Shown here: positions 1 to 12,400 of the stretch, piece by piece
Layout: the number at the start of each line of letters is the position of its first letter
How positions within the stretch are numbered: the first letter of the stretch is position 1
Origin: Eledone cirrhosa
Taxonomy: Eukaryota
Length of the DNA stretch: 64,000 nucleotides
Direction: 5' to 3'
Assembly (NCBI GenBank): GCA_964016885.1
Contig: OZ024765.1
Span: 8,432,001 to 8,496,000 of the forward strand
Notes under the pieces: model-generated
What the model was told of the DNA's origin: nothing
What the model saw: only the letters and a program-made list of their open reading frames with translations
Databases searched by the model: none
Made by a program: the position numbers and the translations under genes

Positions 1-401
1 GCTTCACCAAAGCCAGAGAATTTATTTTTGCAGCACTCTTCCTGTGAGAAAATCCATTCGGAGGTTGGAAATTTCACGATATACCACAGAACAGAAACCA
101 CCTGCATTCATTCTCTGGAACACACTTTCTTTCCAGCTGTCATGTGATTGCACACCTGTGAACTATATTTTGAACTTTGAGCTCTTCTATTACTTTTACT
201 TTATTACATTGTATCTTTGGGTGATGGATAGATGGATGTCCAGTCGTTCTCTGGCCAAGAGCGGTTGGCTACCTTGATATCTATCATTGATTTTTCCAGA
301 CATTCTTTTGTCGTAATTTTCATGCCTGTTACAACATTCTCGCCAACTTGCTACATATTTTCATTTCGATTTTTATACACTAAAATTCTGGCGGGAGGTT
401 A

Positions 402-767
402 TGTAGCGGTTGTCTCCCTTGTTTTGATTAGGATCTAGACGGGAAGTGGAACCCTTTCTGCAACTTCCGGTCAGAGCCCTATAAAACTAACAACTTTAAG
501 CTTCCTTTCTCTCTTTGCCTTTTCGGCACCAGGTCAAGAGTCTTCTCATTTGGCTCTGCCATTAATTTGGCCAACAGGCGCCTGGCCTTAGCCAGGCGCC
601 CTCTGCCAGCCGCGTTTGCCTGGCAATCAAAACGGTAACTACTAACTTTGTTTCATTCTAACATCTATCTTTGACATGTCAAGTATTCTATCTACCGTTA
701 ATTAAATATTATATACACAAACATTGTCTCGTTTTGTTACATTCATACAACCAGTGATCTCGCTATA
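402..767 (+). mobile_element. 3' LTR of an LTR retrotransposon (probably Gypsy-like); 1-401 is probably the internal 3' region
   Basis: Purine-rich PPT-like GGCGGGAGG (390-398) just before TGTAGCG (402). Ends CGCTATA (761-767), one mismatch from the inverted terminus CGCTACA. Internal TATAAAA (~480) and ATTAAA (~700). Confidence 0.6.
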
Positions 768-834
768 TATCTTTTGCATTTGAATTTATATTCTATATCT
801 ATGGCTGCATTGTCCTGGCCTTACAACTCCAAAC

Positions 835-881
<47 letters not shown>

Positions 882-883
<2 letters not shown>

Positions 884-1013
884 ATACTTCCTGGCGCCGA
901 AGGTGCTTCGTCCTCAAGGGTGCACCCTAATTTTGACAACAACAAAAAAAAACTTCAACCCTTTTGAGACTTATTTTAGGGAAAAAGTACTGTTTTCCAT
1001 GCTGGGAAATATG

Positions 1014-1014
<1 letters not shown>
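882..1014. mobile_element. Degenerate MITE (Tc1/mariner-pogo-like termini) within a TA tract
   Basis: Imperfect TIRs CCATACTTCCTGGC ... GCTGGGAAATATGG, flanked by (TA)n. Confidence 0.45.
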
Positions 1015-1088
<74 letters not shown>

Positions 1089-2117
1089 CATATATTAGAT
1101 GGTAAACGGGATGTAAACAAGAGAAGAAAAGTATCCCTTCATCAGCTGTTTACTACAGATAATAGATGTTTCGTATGGAAATATCAATATATCAATAGCT
1201 ATTTAAGTCATGAGTCCTTCCATCCACCTTTCTTCATTCAAAATGAATAAGCCAGGGAAGTTTGAGCTCGAAGAGTATCGAACTTATTCAACAAACTTAT
1301 ATATAAGAATAGCAAACTTACTACCTTACCGCTCAAAAACAAACACAGAACAATTGAGGAAGTCACCGCAATTATTGAAGAAATTATAACCGAGTGAACA
1401 TATTCAGGTAGTGTTCAAGCACCCTGTATATCACTGTTCGTAAAGCCCTTCGAATGACTGTATCAATTCAATAAAACCATCCCCTTTTCCCCCTATAGTA
1501 GACATAACCCAAGAAAAAACACCATAATAAGTCGCTCCCCGCTCCACCCACACCCTTTCTCCACACTCACTCATCCCACTAACACCTCTACTAATACACA
1601 CACACACCCTCCTCACTCCAACTTTCACACCTACCCATCCTCGCCCCTTTACCATTCCACCCGACTGCTGCTATGCCCTCTGACCACCTCCCAGCACAAA
1701 CAGACACACAGCACTCCCACCGCCTTGACCACTTCCTGTTGCGCGCGCACCCCACATCTCTCCTCTTCCGACCATCTCTTCATGGAATACTCGTATGTGG
1801 AACTTGACCACCGGGGAATCTACTAACATCATAGGAGTTTACCAACATTTCAACCTCATCCTCTTACGGAATCACCTATATAACTCACCCACACACACAC
1901 CCCAAAAAATGTTTTTTCTCCCACACGCCACCTACACCCACATGACGCTTAAACCCCCCACACACGTGCTTTCCACCACATAGTTACACCTTCAGCCTCC
2001 GGATTCCTCTCCTCCCACCCCTCTATCCACACACGCACACACACTCCGATCTACACCCCACCCCACACACACCTCTTCCTGAACATGCAACCCCGTTCTT
2101 CCCCCAACCCTTGCTTT

Positions 2118-2148
<31 letters not shown>

Positions 2149-2415
2149 GTACACCTACCACACACACCACCTTCAGCCCTCCCCGCTCGGACACCCCGTC
2201 TCCCTCTCCCCACCCCACCCGCCACCCCCCTACACACCCCACACCCTTCCACCACCTGTTTTACCCCTTTTTAATTTCAGTTTATTTTGATCATGGTTTA
2301 TTTTTATTTTTATTTTTAATTTCATTCGCACCGTTTCCTCCCACCCCCCTTTTCGCTATATGTCCCTCCACCACTCCTCTACCCACCCTTTGAACTCTCT
2401 TCCCACACACTTCTC

Positions 2416-2447
2416 ACCTGAGGAAGGGCTTATGCCCGAAACGTCGT
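2416..2447 (+). ncRNA. Minimal type I hammerhead-like motif (Penelope/retrozyme type), stem I degenerate
   Basis: AC-CTGAGGA-A-GGGC-TTAT-GCCC-GAAA-CG-TC-GT: complete core and 4-bp stem II, palindromic ACGT stem III, but only 2 bp of stem I. Followed by AATAAA at ~2484. Confidence 0.55.
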
Positions 2448-2702
2448 TCCCCACCACCACCCCACTCTCCAGAGCGTGACATTAATAAACATTCGTTGTG
2501 CTGCCTCTCTGTTTTGTTCCTGTTCAAATTTTCCATTATATATATATATGTGTGTGTGTGTAACATCGAAAGAGAAAACAATGTCACTTATCTTATCTTA
2601 TCTGCTTCCTTATTCAGATTGTAAAATTTTAAGATATATGTATCTATATACATGTATCTATATATATGTATATATATATATGTATGTATACATATGTATG
2701 TG

Positions 2703-2767
<65 letters not shown>

Positions 2768-2771
<4 letters not shown>

Positions 2772-2925
2772 CTGTAGTACCCGGTAATACCCGGGAAAGG
2801 TGGGGTTATTTGCTTTTCCTAGAGTGCGCTTGAAAATGCTATCGACACTGGGTGCCCATACTGGATTTTCAATAGCAACCTTTGCTAGGTGTATTTATGG
2901 CAGATCACTTTTTTGTCTGGAACAA
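2768..2925 (-). mobile_element. Helitron 3'-end fragment (second copy 4497-~4655)
   Basis: TTAGCTGTAGTACCCGGTAATACCCGGG: degenerate CTAG terminus with a CCCGG/CCGGG hairpin ~10 nt inside, the same layout as the Helitron end at 30751. Confidence 0.45.
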
Positions 2926-3851
2926 TCAATAGCTGTTTAAGTCATAAGTCCTTCCATCCACCTTTCTTCATTCAAAATGAATAAGCCGGGGAAGTTTGAG
3001 CTCGAAGAGTATCGAACTTATTCAACAAACTTATATATAAGAATAGCAAACTTACTACCTTACCGCTCAAAAACAAACACAGAACAATTGAGGAAGTCAC
3101 CGCAATTATTGAAGAAATTATAACCGAGTGAACATATTCAGGTAGTGTTCAAGCACCCTGTATATCACTGTTCGTAAAGCCCTTCGAATGACTGTATCAA
3201 TTCAATAAAACCATCCCCTTTTCCCCCTATAGTAGACATAACCCAAGAAAAAACACCATAATAAGTCGCTCCCCGCTCCACCCACACCCTTTCTCCACAC
3301 TCACTCATCCCACTAACACCTCTACTAATACACACACACACCCTCCTCACTCCAACTTTCACACCTACCCATCCTCGCCCCTTTACCATTCCACCCGACT
3401 GCTGCTATGCCCTCTGACCACCTCCCAGCACAAACAGACACACAGCACTCCCACCGCCTTGAGCACTTCCTGTTGCGCGCGCACCCCACATCTCTCCTCT
3501 TCCGACCATCTCTTCATGGAATACTCGTATGTGGAACTTGACCACCGGGGAATCTACTAACATCATAGGAGTTTACCAACATTTCAACCTCATCCTCTTA
3601 CGGAATCACCTATATAACTCACCCACACACACACCCCAAAAAATGTTTTTTCTCCCACACGCCACCTACACCCACATGACGCTTAAACCCCCCACACACG
3701 TGCTTTCCACCACATAGTTACACCTTCAGCCTCCGGATTCCTCTCCTCCCACCCCTCTATCCACACACGCACACACACTCCGATCTACACCCCACCCCAC
3801 ACACACCTCTTCCTGAACATGCAACCCCGTTCTTCCCCCAACCCTTGCTTT

Positions 3852-3882
<31 letters not shown>

Positions 3883-4148
3883 GTACACCTACCACACACA
3901 CCACCTTCAGCCCTCCCCGCTCGGACACCCCGTCTCCCTCTCCCCACTCCACCCGCCACCCCCCTACACACCCCACACCCTTCCACCACCTGTTTTACCC
4001 CTTTTTAATTTCAGTTTATTTTGATCATGGTTTATTTTTATTTTTATTTTTAATTTCATTCGCACCGTTTCCTCCCACCCCCTTTTCGCTATATGTCCCC
4101 CCACCACTCCTCTACACACCCTTTGAACTCTCTTCCCACACACTTCTC

Positions 4149-4180
4149 ACCTGAGGAAGGGCTTATGCCCGAAACGTCGT
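4149..4180 (+). ncRNA. Second copy of the minimal hammerhead-like motif
   Basis: Identical to 2416-2447. Confidence 0.55.
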
Positions 4181-4439
4181 TCCCCACCACCACCCCACTC
4201 TCCAGAGCGTGACATTAATAAACATTCGTTGTGCTGCCTCTCTGTTTTGTTCCTGTTCAAATTTTCCATTATATATATATATATGTGTGTGTGTGTGTAA
4301 CATCGAAAGAGAAAACAATGTCACTTATCTTATCTTATCTGCTTCCTTATTCAGATTGTAAAATTTTAAGATATATGTATCTATATACATGTATCTATAT
4401 ATATGTATATATATATATGTATGTATACATATGTATGTG

Positions 4440-4500
<61 letters not shown>

Positions 4501-5652
4501 CTGTAGTACCCGGTAATACCCGGGAAAGGTGGGGTTATTTGCTTTTCCTAGAGTGCGCTTGAAAATGCTATCGACACTGGGTGCCCATACTGGATTTTCA
4601 ATAGCAACCTTTGCTAGGTGTATTTATGGCAGATCACTTTTTTGTCTGGAACAATCAATAGCTGTTTAAGTCATAAGTCCTTCCATCCACCTTTCTTCAT
4701 TCAAAATGAATAAGCCGGGGAAGTTTGAGCTCGAAGAGTATCGAACTTATTCAACAAACTTATATATAAGAATAGCAAACTTACTACCTTACCGCTCAAA
4801 AACAAACACAGAACAATTGAGGAAGTCACCGCAATTATTGAAGAAATTATAACCGAGTGAACATATTCAGGTAGTGTTCAAGCACCCTGTATATCACTGT
4901 TCGTAAAGCCCTTCGAATGACTGTATCAATTCAATAAAACCATCCCCTTTTCCCCCTATAGTAGACATAACCCAAGAAAAAACACCATAATAAGTCGCTC
5001 CCCGCTCCACCCACACCCTTTCTCCACACTCACTCATCCCACTAACACCTCTACTAATACACACACACACCCTCCTCACTCCAACTTTCACACCTACCCA
5101 TCCTCGCCCCTTTACCATTCCACCCGACTGCTGCTATGCCCTCTGACCACCTCCCAGCACAAACAGACACACAGCACTCCCACCGCCTTGACCACTTCCT
5201 GTTGCGCGCGCACCCCACATCTCTCCTCTTCCGACCATCTCACCCTGTATATCACTGTTCGTAAAGCCCTTCGAATGACTGAAGCAATTCAATAAAACCA
5301 TCCCCTTTTCCCCCTATAGTAGACATAACCCGAGAAAAAACACCATAATAAGTCGGATAAACAATCAGAGGTGTTGTCCTTGAAGAGGGCCTTGTAACAT
5401 TCACTGTTGCAAAGTGTCAATAATGGAGGAGAAGTTACATCTTCTTAATTCATGTTAATCTTCCACGATCCGACACCTCGAAATATCCACAAAATAAACT
5501 CTACTCCCAAAGACGCCATGTTACAATTAACATGCCGGGAGTACGAATATTCGTCAACATACGATTTGGGTTTTATTCTTCAGACTAATCTCATGGAAAG
5601 CCAACTTCCAAGTCATTGATCATCACACTTTTTTGTAATGAATTATATATAT

Positions 5653-5692
<40 letters not shown>

Positions 5693-5698
5693 GTATAT

Positions 5699-6300
5699 GC
5701 TCTTTTATCTGTTGCAGCCATATCCAGCTGAGGCCATACTTGGGCACCACTCTTGAACAATAAACTGAATAATAAGAATGTATAATGTGTTTTGACATAA
5801 GTTTTTGAGGAAATGCTCTATAAAATTAAAAAATCTTTTGTATATATATATATGTGTATATATATATATGTATGTATATATATACACATATATATATATA
5901 TATATATACATATATGCTCTTTTATCTGTTGCAGCCATATCCAGCTGAGGCCATACTTGGGCACCACTCTTGAACAATAAACTGAATAATAAGAATGTAT
6001 AATGTGTTTTGACATAAGTTTTTGAGGAAATGCTCTATAAAATTAAAAAATATTTTGTATATATATATATGTGTATATATATATATGTATGTATATATAT
6101 ACACATATATATATATATATATATACATATATGCTCTTTTATCTGTTGCAGCCATATCCAGCTGAGGCCATACTTGGGCACCACTCTTGAACAATAAACT
6201 GAATAATAAGAATGTATAATGTGTTTTGACATAAGTTTTTGAGGAAATGTTCTATAAAATTAAAAAATCTTTTGTATATATATATATATGTGTATATATA
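5699..6300 (+). repeat. 217-bp tandem repeat (~140-bp core + TA-rich spacer), 3 copies; dispersed copies near 8304, 9233, 13791, 14720, 57478, 57690
   Basis: Core GCTCTTTTATCTGTTGCAGCCATATCCAGCTGAGG...AAAATTAAAAAATCTTTTG recurs; ORF-track offset is 217. Confidence 0.95.
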
Positions 6301-6402
6301 TGTAGGAGGTGAGTTTTATTGTAGTACAATAAAGTAATGCAGATATCGGATAAGAAGCACTCTACAGTTTGTGGGACTGGAGTATGCATAATATAATCAT
6401 GA

Positions 6403-7326
6403 CCATTTAATCATGACCATTCCAATAATTTTAATAAAAGACCTAGATACAAAAACATAATCTGGTATAATGCTCCTTTCTCCATCTCTATTAATAACAA
6501 TATTCCTAAATTATTTTTTAGTGCCTTAAATAAATGCTTCCCTCCCTCACATATCTATAGTAAAATATTTAACAAACACACCATCAAATTTTCGTATTCT
6601 ACATCCTCCAATATTTCCAACATCATCTCTAAACACAACAACAAAATATTAAATACTAAATCTCTTCCTTCCAATATTGAATTTCATAATAACAGTAATA
6701 GTACTCCCGACGTCATTGTAAACCCTAGGCTAACTTCTGTAAACCCAAATACAACGTCAAACACAACTTCGCTAAATGTTCATAATCCAACTCTAAATCA
6801 AGAAACTATTATTCCTATTATTCCTATCGCAAACAACTTCTCCAATCCAATTCCTTCTATAGATAACACTAGATCACTCATTAATAATCTCTCTAATTGC
6901 AACTGCCGCATTAAAAATAAATGTCCTCTCAACAACCATTGCCTCGATAAAAACTTAATTTATGAATGTAAAATTATAACTAGCACCAATTCCTTCACCT
7001 ATTTTGGCTCCACTTCCACCTCTTTTAAAGCTCGTCTCTATAATCATCATTCATCTTTCAAATACAAACTTAAAAGAACTAACACTGCTCTCTCAGAACT
7101 CATATGGTCCTTAAAAGACAAAAACATTAAATATACCATCTTTTGGAAGAAGATTTCTTCTGCATCCTCATACTTGAACAGCTCTCTATCTAAAATCTGT
7201 AATCTCTGCCTAAATGAAAAATTTACCATTATCTCTAACCTAGATTCTATAATAAATAGACGCTCAGATTTGTTTTCTATCTGCCTGCATAAATTCCATA
7301 GAACTTTTCACAAAGTATACAGTTAA
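6403..7326 (+). pseudogene. Penelope-like ORF C-terminal part (no in-frame ATG; not in the ORF track): thumb, Asn/Ser-rich linker, Cys-rich GIY-YIG endonuclease
   Basis: Manual translation is stop-free for ~307 codons: RYKNIIWYNAPFS...KCFPPSHIYSKIFNKHTIKFSYS...CNCRIKNKCPLNNHCLDKNLIYECKI...YFGSTSTSFKARLYNHHSSF...TALSELIWSLK...CNLCLNEKFTI...NNRRSDLFSICLH, ending TAA at 7324-7326. Confidence 0.85.
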
Positions 7327-8124
7327 TATTCAATTCTTTATCAATTTAGAATCTTTTCTCAAAGGCACATATACATACACCTCTTTAAAATATACCCATC
7401 TACCTTACTTTAAAGGGCATTATACACTCTATAATACTCGTTTACTCATTACCCTCATTCTATCTTCTCGTAAAATCATAACATTTGTTTTTGACATTTG
7501 AATATTCATCCGCAATCATTATTATTTTTTCTCTCTATCATAAATCTTTTTAATCTCAATTTCATCCTTAATTTATTATTATTTTTTTCTCCCCATCAAC
7601 GAACTCATTATTAATACATATTAACTCTTTATTCGCACATATTATCAATTCAATCAATATACAAACTTTAACTTCACATTATTTTTCTCAAATCCTTCTA
7701 CACACAAACCTTAACAATTTTTCTCTTCGCTAATTTTGAAATTGCCACAATACATACATTTCTTCTTTTGACGTTAGAATATTCACCCACAATTATTATT
7801 TTTTTCTCTCTATCTTCATACATAATTTCCCTTCGTTAATTTTCAAATTCCTTTAATTTATACATTATCTTCCAACGGTTCCCAACCTCTCTATATTAAA
7901 ACAATATATCTTTTTCTCAGTTATAAAAACTATCTCTTTCTCTCTATCACCCATCTCTCCCTCTCCACCTTCACTCTCATCTCCTCCCCCTTTTTTTTCA
8001 TCCTTTCCCTCCCCCCTCTCTAAATAAAATATTTTTCCCAATATCACACATCAATCTAAAACCACTTTTCATATGTTGATTTAAAACTGCACTATCCACA
8101 AGTGTTTTTTAGCCTTCATATCAT

Positions 8125-8210
8125 GTTCTCCTGTTTTATCTGATGAAAACACAAATATTATTGCTTGATGATGTTTGTTTTTGAAATGCGCATAATAAAA
8201 TATATGGAAC
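8125..8210 (+). ncRNA. Type I hammerhead ribozyme of the Penelope-like element
   Basis: Stem I TTTTAT/ATAAAA (extended by GTTC/GAAC); CTGATGA 8140-8146; long stem II ACAAATATTATT/GATGATGTTTGT with G-U pairs; GAAA 8183-8186; palindromic TGCGCA stem III; cleavage triplet ATA ending at 8194. Confidence 0.8.
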
Positions 8211-8292
8211 TCCTTTAACCATCTTTTGATCTTATATTATGTGTATATATATATATGTATGTATATATATACACATATATATATATATATAT

Positions 8293-9385
8293 ATATACAT
8301 ATATGCTCTTTTATCTGTTGCAGCCATATCCAGCTCAGGCCATACTTGGGCACCACTCTTGAACAATAAACTGAATAATAAGAATGTATAATGTGTTTTG
8401 ACATAAGTTTTTGAGGAAATGTTCTATAAAATTAAAAAATCTTTTGTATATATATATATGTGTATATATATATATGTATGTATGTGAAAAAGTAGGTCCT
8501 TCATCAGTGACCCTCCAACCGTCCCAGGCATTTCATCGCTTTAAGGGCCATATGCCTCAGGTTGGTGCGAACAACGGCTAAAAAAAGTCGTTGGGACACG
8601 TAAACAAAGGGGACGCCAGGGTAACAAACAAAAAAGTTTAAGCAACGGAAAGTGAGAAGAAATAGACAAGTCCCAGATCTCTATGAATATAAACTCGGTG
8701 AAATCGTGAACAAGAGACAAAAGACCTTCAAACCTGGTTGAAATGTGAGCAAGGAAAGAATTTCGCCCAAGTTTGACGGGGGGGGGGGGGAAGAGAGAGA
8801 GAAAAGAGAGAAGAGGAAGAAGAAGAAGAAGAAGAAGAAGAAGAAGAAGAAGAAGAAGAAGAAGAAGAAGAAGAAGAAGATAAAGGGGTCTGGTCTACGA
8901 ATTCGGTAAACGTAAGTTTTGTGAAGTCGCAGACGAAAGAGAGAGAGAAAAAAATTTCCATACCAGCTTGGTCAAGACCGCGCGAGAAAAGAATTACACA
9001 CAGGTCAAACTTGAAGGAGGAGGAGGAAAGAGGAGGAGGAGAGGTAGTGACAGAGGATGAGTGAGTGAAAGTTGAGGAGGAGGCTAACAGAGAAAGAGAC
9101 TGCTAGAAAGGGTAAAAACGAACAGACGAGTGGCAGCAGAATAAAAATTATGTGTAAATATGAAAATAATAGGCTGCCCGTTGCAAATGTTGGGGCATAT
9201 ATACACACATATATATATATATATACATATATGCTCTTTTATCTGTTGCAGCCATATCCAGCTGAGGCCATACTTGGGCACCACTCTTGAACAATAAACT
9301 GAATAATAAGAATGTATAATGTGTTTTGACATAAGTTTTTGAGGAAATGTTCTATAAAATTAAAAAATCTTTTGTATATATATAT
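8293..9385 (+). repeat. ~1.1-kb direct repeat, left copy (right copy 13779-~14870); includes (GAA)n at ~8812-8880
   Basis: Near-identical sequence on both sides of the full-length RTE, including the shared CAGCTCAGG variant of the 217-bp core. Confidence 0.9.
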
Positions 9386-9440
9386 ATGTGTATATATATA
9401 TATATGTATGTATATATATACACATATATATATATATATA

Positions 9441-12400
9441 ATTTGTTAAACTTGCTGAGTTTTACGCAAAACTTCGAGTACCTATTTAAACTCTTAACCT
9501 CTGCTCCATCCCATATTCTACCCCCTACCCATTCATCATGCTGGTTCCTGCCCCCCCCCCCCCTCCCTCTCTATACATATAAGATAAAACCCTACCAAAA
9601 TTAATCAAAATCGCCAACTCGCTATTTCTGGGATGGCTGTTCCCTTCGGTATAAAGTAACGTTCAAATTTTTCTCGATTCTTCTCTCCATTCGAACCCAT
9701 TCATTCAATCACTTCTATGTCCTAATTTCACACTATATCATATTTTCACCATTCTATATCATATCTTTTCTCTAAAAATCATATTTTCCCTATCACCGCA
9801 TTTTCTCTATCGTATTTTCTTAAACAAAACAAATCTTGTATTTTCGTTTATTGTTAAATTATGCCCAAAATACGGCGATCTTATCTTAAACCTTACATTC
9901 TCGCTAACAACCCATCATCCCTCCCTCCCGCCCCCACGCACCACCATTATTACGTGGACCAATCATAAGTCAGAGGCCCATACTATCGCTTAACTGGTTG
10001 CTTTTCGATATGATGGATGGACTACGGAATTCTGGAGAGTTGAAGAGAGAAAAATGTGGACGCTCAGCGACAATGCCAAAGATAAAGCCAAATTCACCTC
10101 GTGGACGAGAATGCAAGCACTCCTCCTTGTTTCGGCCCAGGATGGCTAACATAACCCCCCCCCCCCCCCCACACACACACCCCCCCACCCCCCCCGCGCC
10201 CCACCGCTCCCACCCTCCAAACGCAATCCAAAACTTCAGAGTTGGTACCATGAATGTAGGCACCTTAAAGGGTCGCTCTAACGAGGTTGTAGAAATGCTT
10301 GAACGTAAGGAGGTCGATGTTTGTTGTATTCAAGAGACCAGGTGGAGGGGAGGGTCGGCTAGATTCATCGTGGGTAAAGAACGATGCTATAAGCTTTTCT
10401 GGGTGGGAAATGACAATGGGTTGGGTGGGGTAGGAATCATGGTAGCAGAAAAGTGGGCAGATAAGATAATAGACGTAAATAGAGTGAACGACAGAATAAT
10501 TAAAATAAGACTTGTCCTCAATAAAACTACGGTGACAGTAATATCTGCGTACGCACCCCAATCCGGACTGCCCGGCGCTATAAAAGACAGATTCTACGAG
10601 ACACTGATGCTCGCTACCTCCCAAATAACCGACAGTGACTATATAGTTATTGCAGGCGACCTAAATGGTCACGTTGGACAACATTGTGACGGCTATGACG
10701 GAATCCATGGAGGCTATGGGTTCGGTACTAGAAATGAGGAAGGCTCCAGAATCCTGGAATTCTGCGACGCAAATAACTTAACTATCTGTAACACTAACTT
10801 CAAAAAACGAGACAATCACTTGATCACCTATAGATCGGGGGAACACACAAGCCAGGTAGATTATATCCTTACCAGAAGACGTGACAGAGTGTCTGTTGTT
10901 AACACTAAATCCCACCCCCATGAAGAATTCACCTCCCAACATAGACTGATAATTAGCGACCTCATAGTCAGGACGAGACGTACTAGACAGCGGAAGAGGA
11001 CTATCCTCAGGAGAAAAATATGGAAGCTAAAGGACCCCATAGCCAGAAATAAATTTCAAAGCATATTACTTGACGCTTTCGACAGTAAGGAAGAGCAATT
11101 AGAGTCGTATAATATAGAGGAACAGTGGGAATTCCTGAGAGCAAACCTGCTGACGGCGGCAGACGAAGTCTGTGGCTGGAGCAGGCCTGTAGGTAGGAGG
11201 AGAGTAACATGGTGGTGGAACAGTAAGGTGGAGGAGTCAATTAAGGCCAAAAAGCAGGCTTGGAAAGTATGGCGGGATGGGGGAAGTAGAGAAGACTATC
11301 AAGTGGCCAGGAGGGAAGCTAGGAGACAAGTGTACTTCGCAAGAAGGGAAGCAGAGGAAAGAAAGTTCAAGCATGTTCTACAACGTGAGGACCAAAAACG
11401 TGAGGTGTTCAGGATTGCCAGGCAATGTGTCAAGGAAAACCGTGATATTGTCGGGGAGAAGTGTGTACTTAACGATGATGGCATACTTGCCATCACCGAC
11501 GCTGATAAGAAGGTAGCTTGGAAGTGTCACTACGAAAGGCTTCTAAATGAGGAGAACAAATGGGAGAAAGACAGTCTCCCCCAGATCGATCCAATAGAGG
11601 GACCAGCAGTGTTAGTTGAAGGTAGTATAATAAGTAAGGCAATCAAAGATATGAAGACGGGTAAGGCGGCTGGGCCTTCGGAAATAGTTGCTGAGATGCT
11701 GAAGGCATCTGGTTCGGTGGGACACACCATGGTCACCCGGATAGTTAACCAAGTCGTACAGAATGGGGTTGTTCCGAAGGAATGGCGTAGCAGCATCATC
11801 GTTAACTGCTATAAGGGAAAAGGAGATGCCCTAGATAGGAGTAACTATAGAGGCATTAAATTAATCGACCAGGTCATGAAGGTCACGGAAAAAGTAATAG
11901 CGCAACTAATCAGAGAGAGAATTGATCTAGATGAAATGCTGTTCGGGTTTGTGTCAGGCAAAAGTACCACAGACGCTCTTTTCATTGTACGACAACTACA
12001 GGAGAAGTACCTAGCTAAAAGTAAACCCCTATACTTAGCTTTCGTCGACTTGGAGAAAGCCTTCGACAGAGTCCCCCGTTCCATTATCTGGTGGTCTCTT
12101 AGAAAACTAGGTGTTGACGAATGGCTTGTGAGAGCTATACAAGCCATGTATAAAGAAACAGTCAGTAAGGTTAGAATTAACAACGAATATAGTGAAGAGT
12201 TTAGCGTAAAAGTTGGTGTCCATCAGGGCTCTGTTCTTAGCCCCCTACTATTTATTATTGCCCTTCAGGCTATAACAGAGGAGTTCAAGACCGGCTGCCC
12301 ATGGGAACTCCTATACGCAGATGATCTAACGCTCATAGCTGAATCAATGACCGAACTAGAGAAGAAATTCCAAACATGGAAGCACGGCCTAGAATCAAAA

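Larger units (their letters stand above)
1190..5240 (+). repeat. Tandem triplication of a ~1.73-kb composite unit (2 full copies + 1 partial)
   Basis: Identical ORF-track peptides recur at 1431/3165/4894 and 1795/3529 (offsets 1734 and 1729). Each unit has a unique segment, a CA-rich segment, a hammerhead-like motif, TA tracts and a Helitron-end fragment. Confidence 0.95.
6302..8240 (+). mobile_element. 5'-truncated Penelope-like retroelement (RT thumb/linker + GIY-YIG, pyrimidine-rich 3' UTR, hammerhead)
   Basis: Open frame 6403-7326 plus hammerhead at 8125-8210, with TA tracts on both sides. Absent from the paralogous region near 57.5-57.9 kb. Confidence 0.85.

Noticed and set aside
5480-5590. 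Minus-strand CTGAAGA...GAAA as a hammerhead
   Set aside because: No convincing stems; GAAA is present only in the 57260 copy and CTGA is mutated in the 15140 copy.
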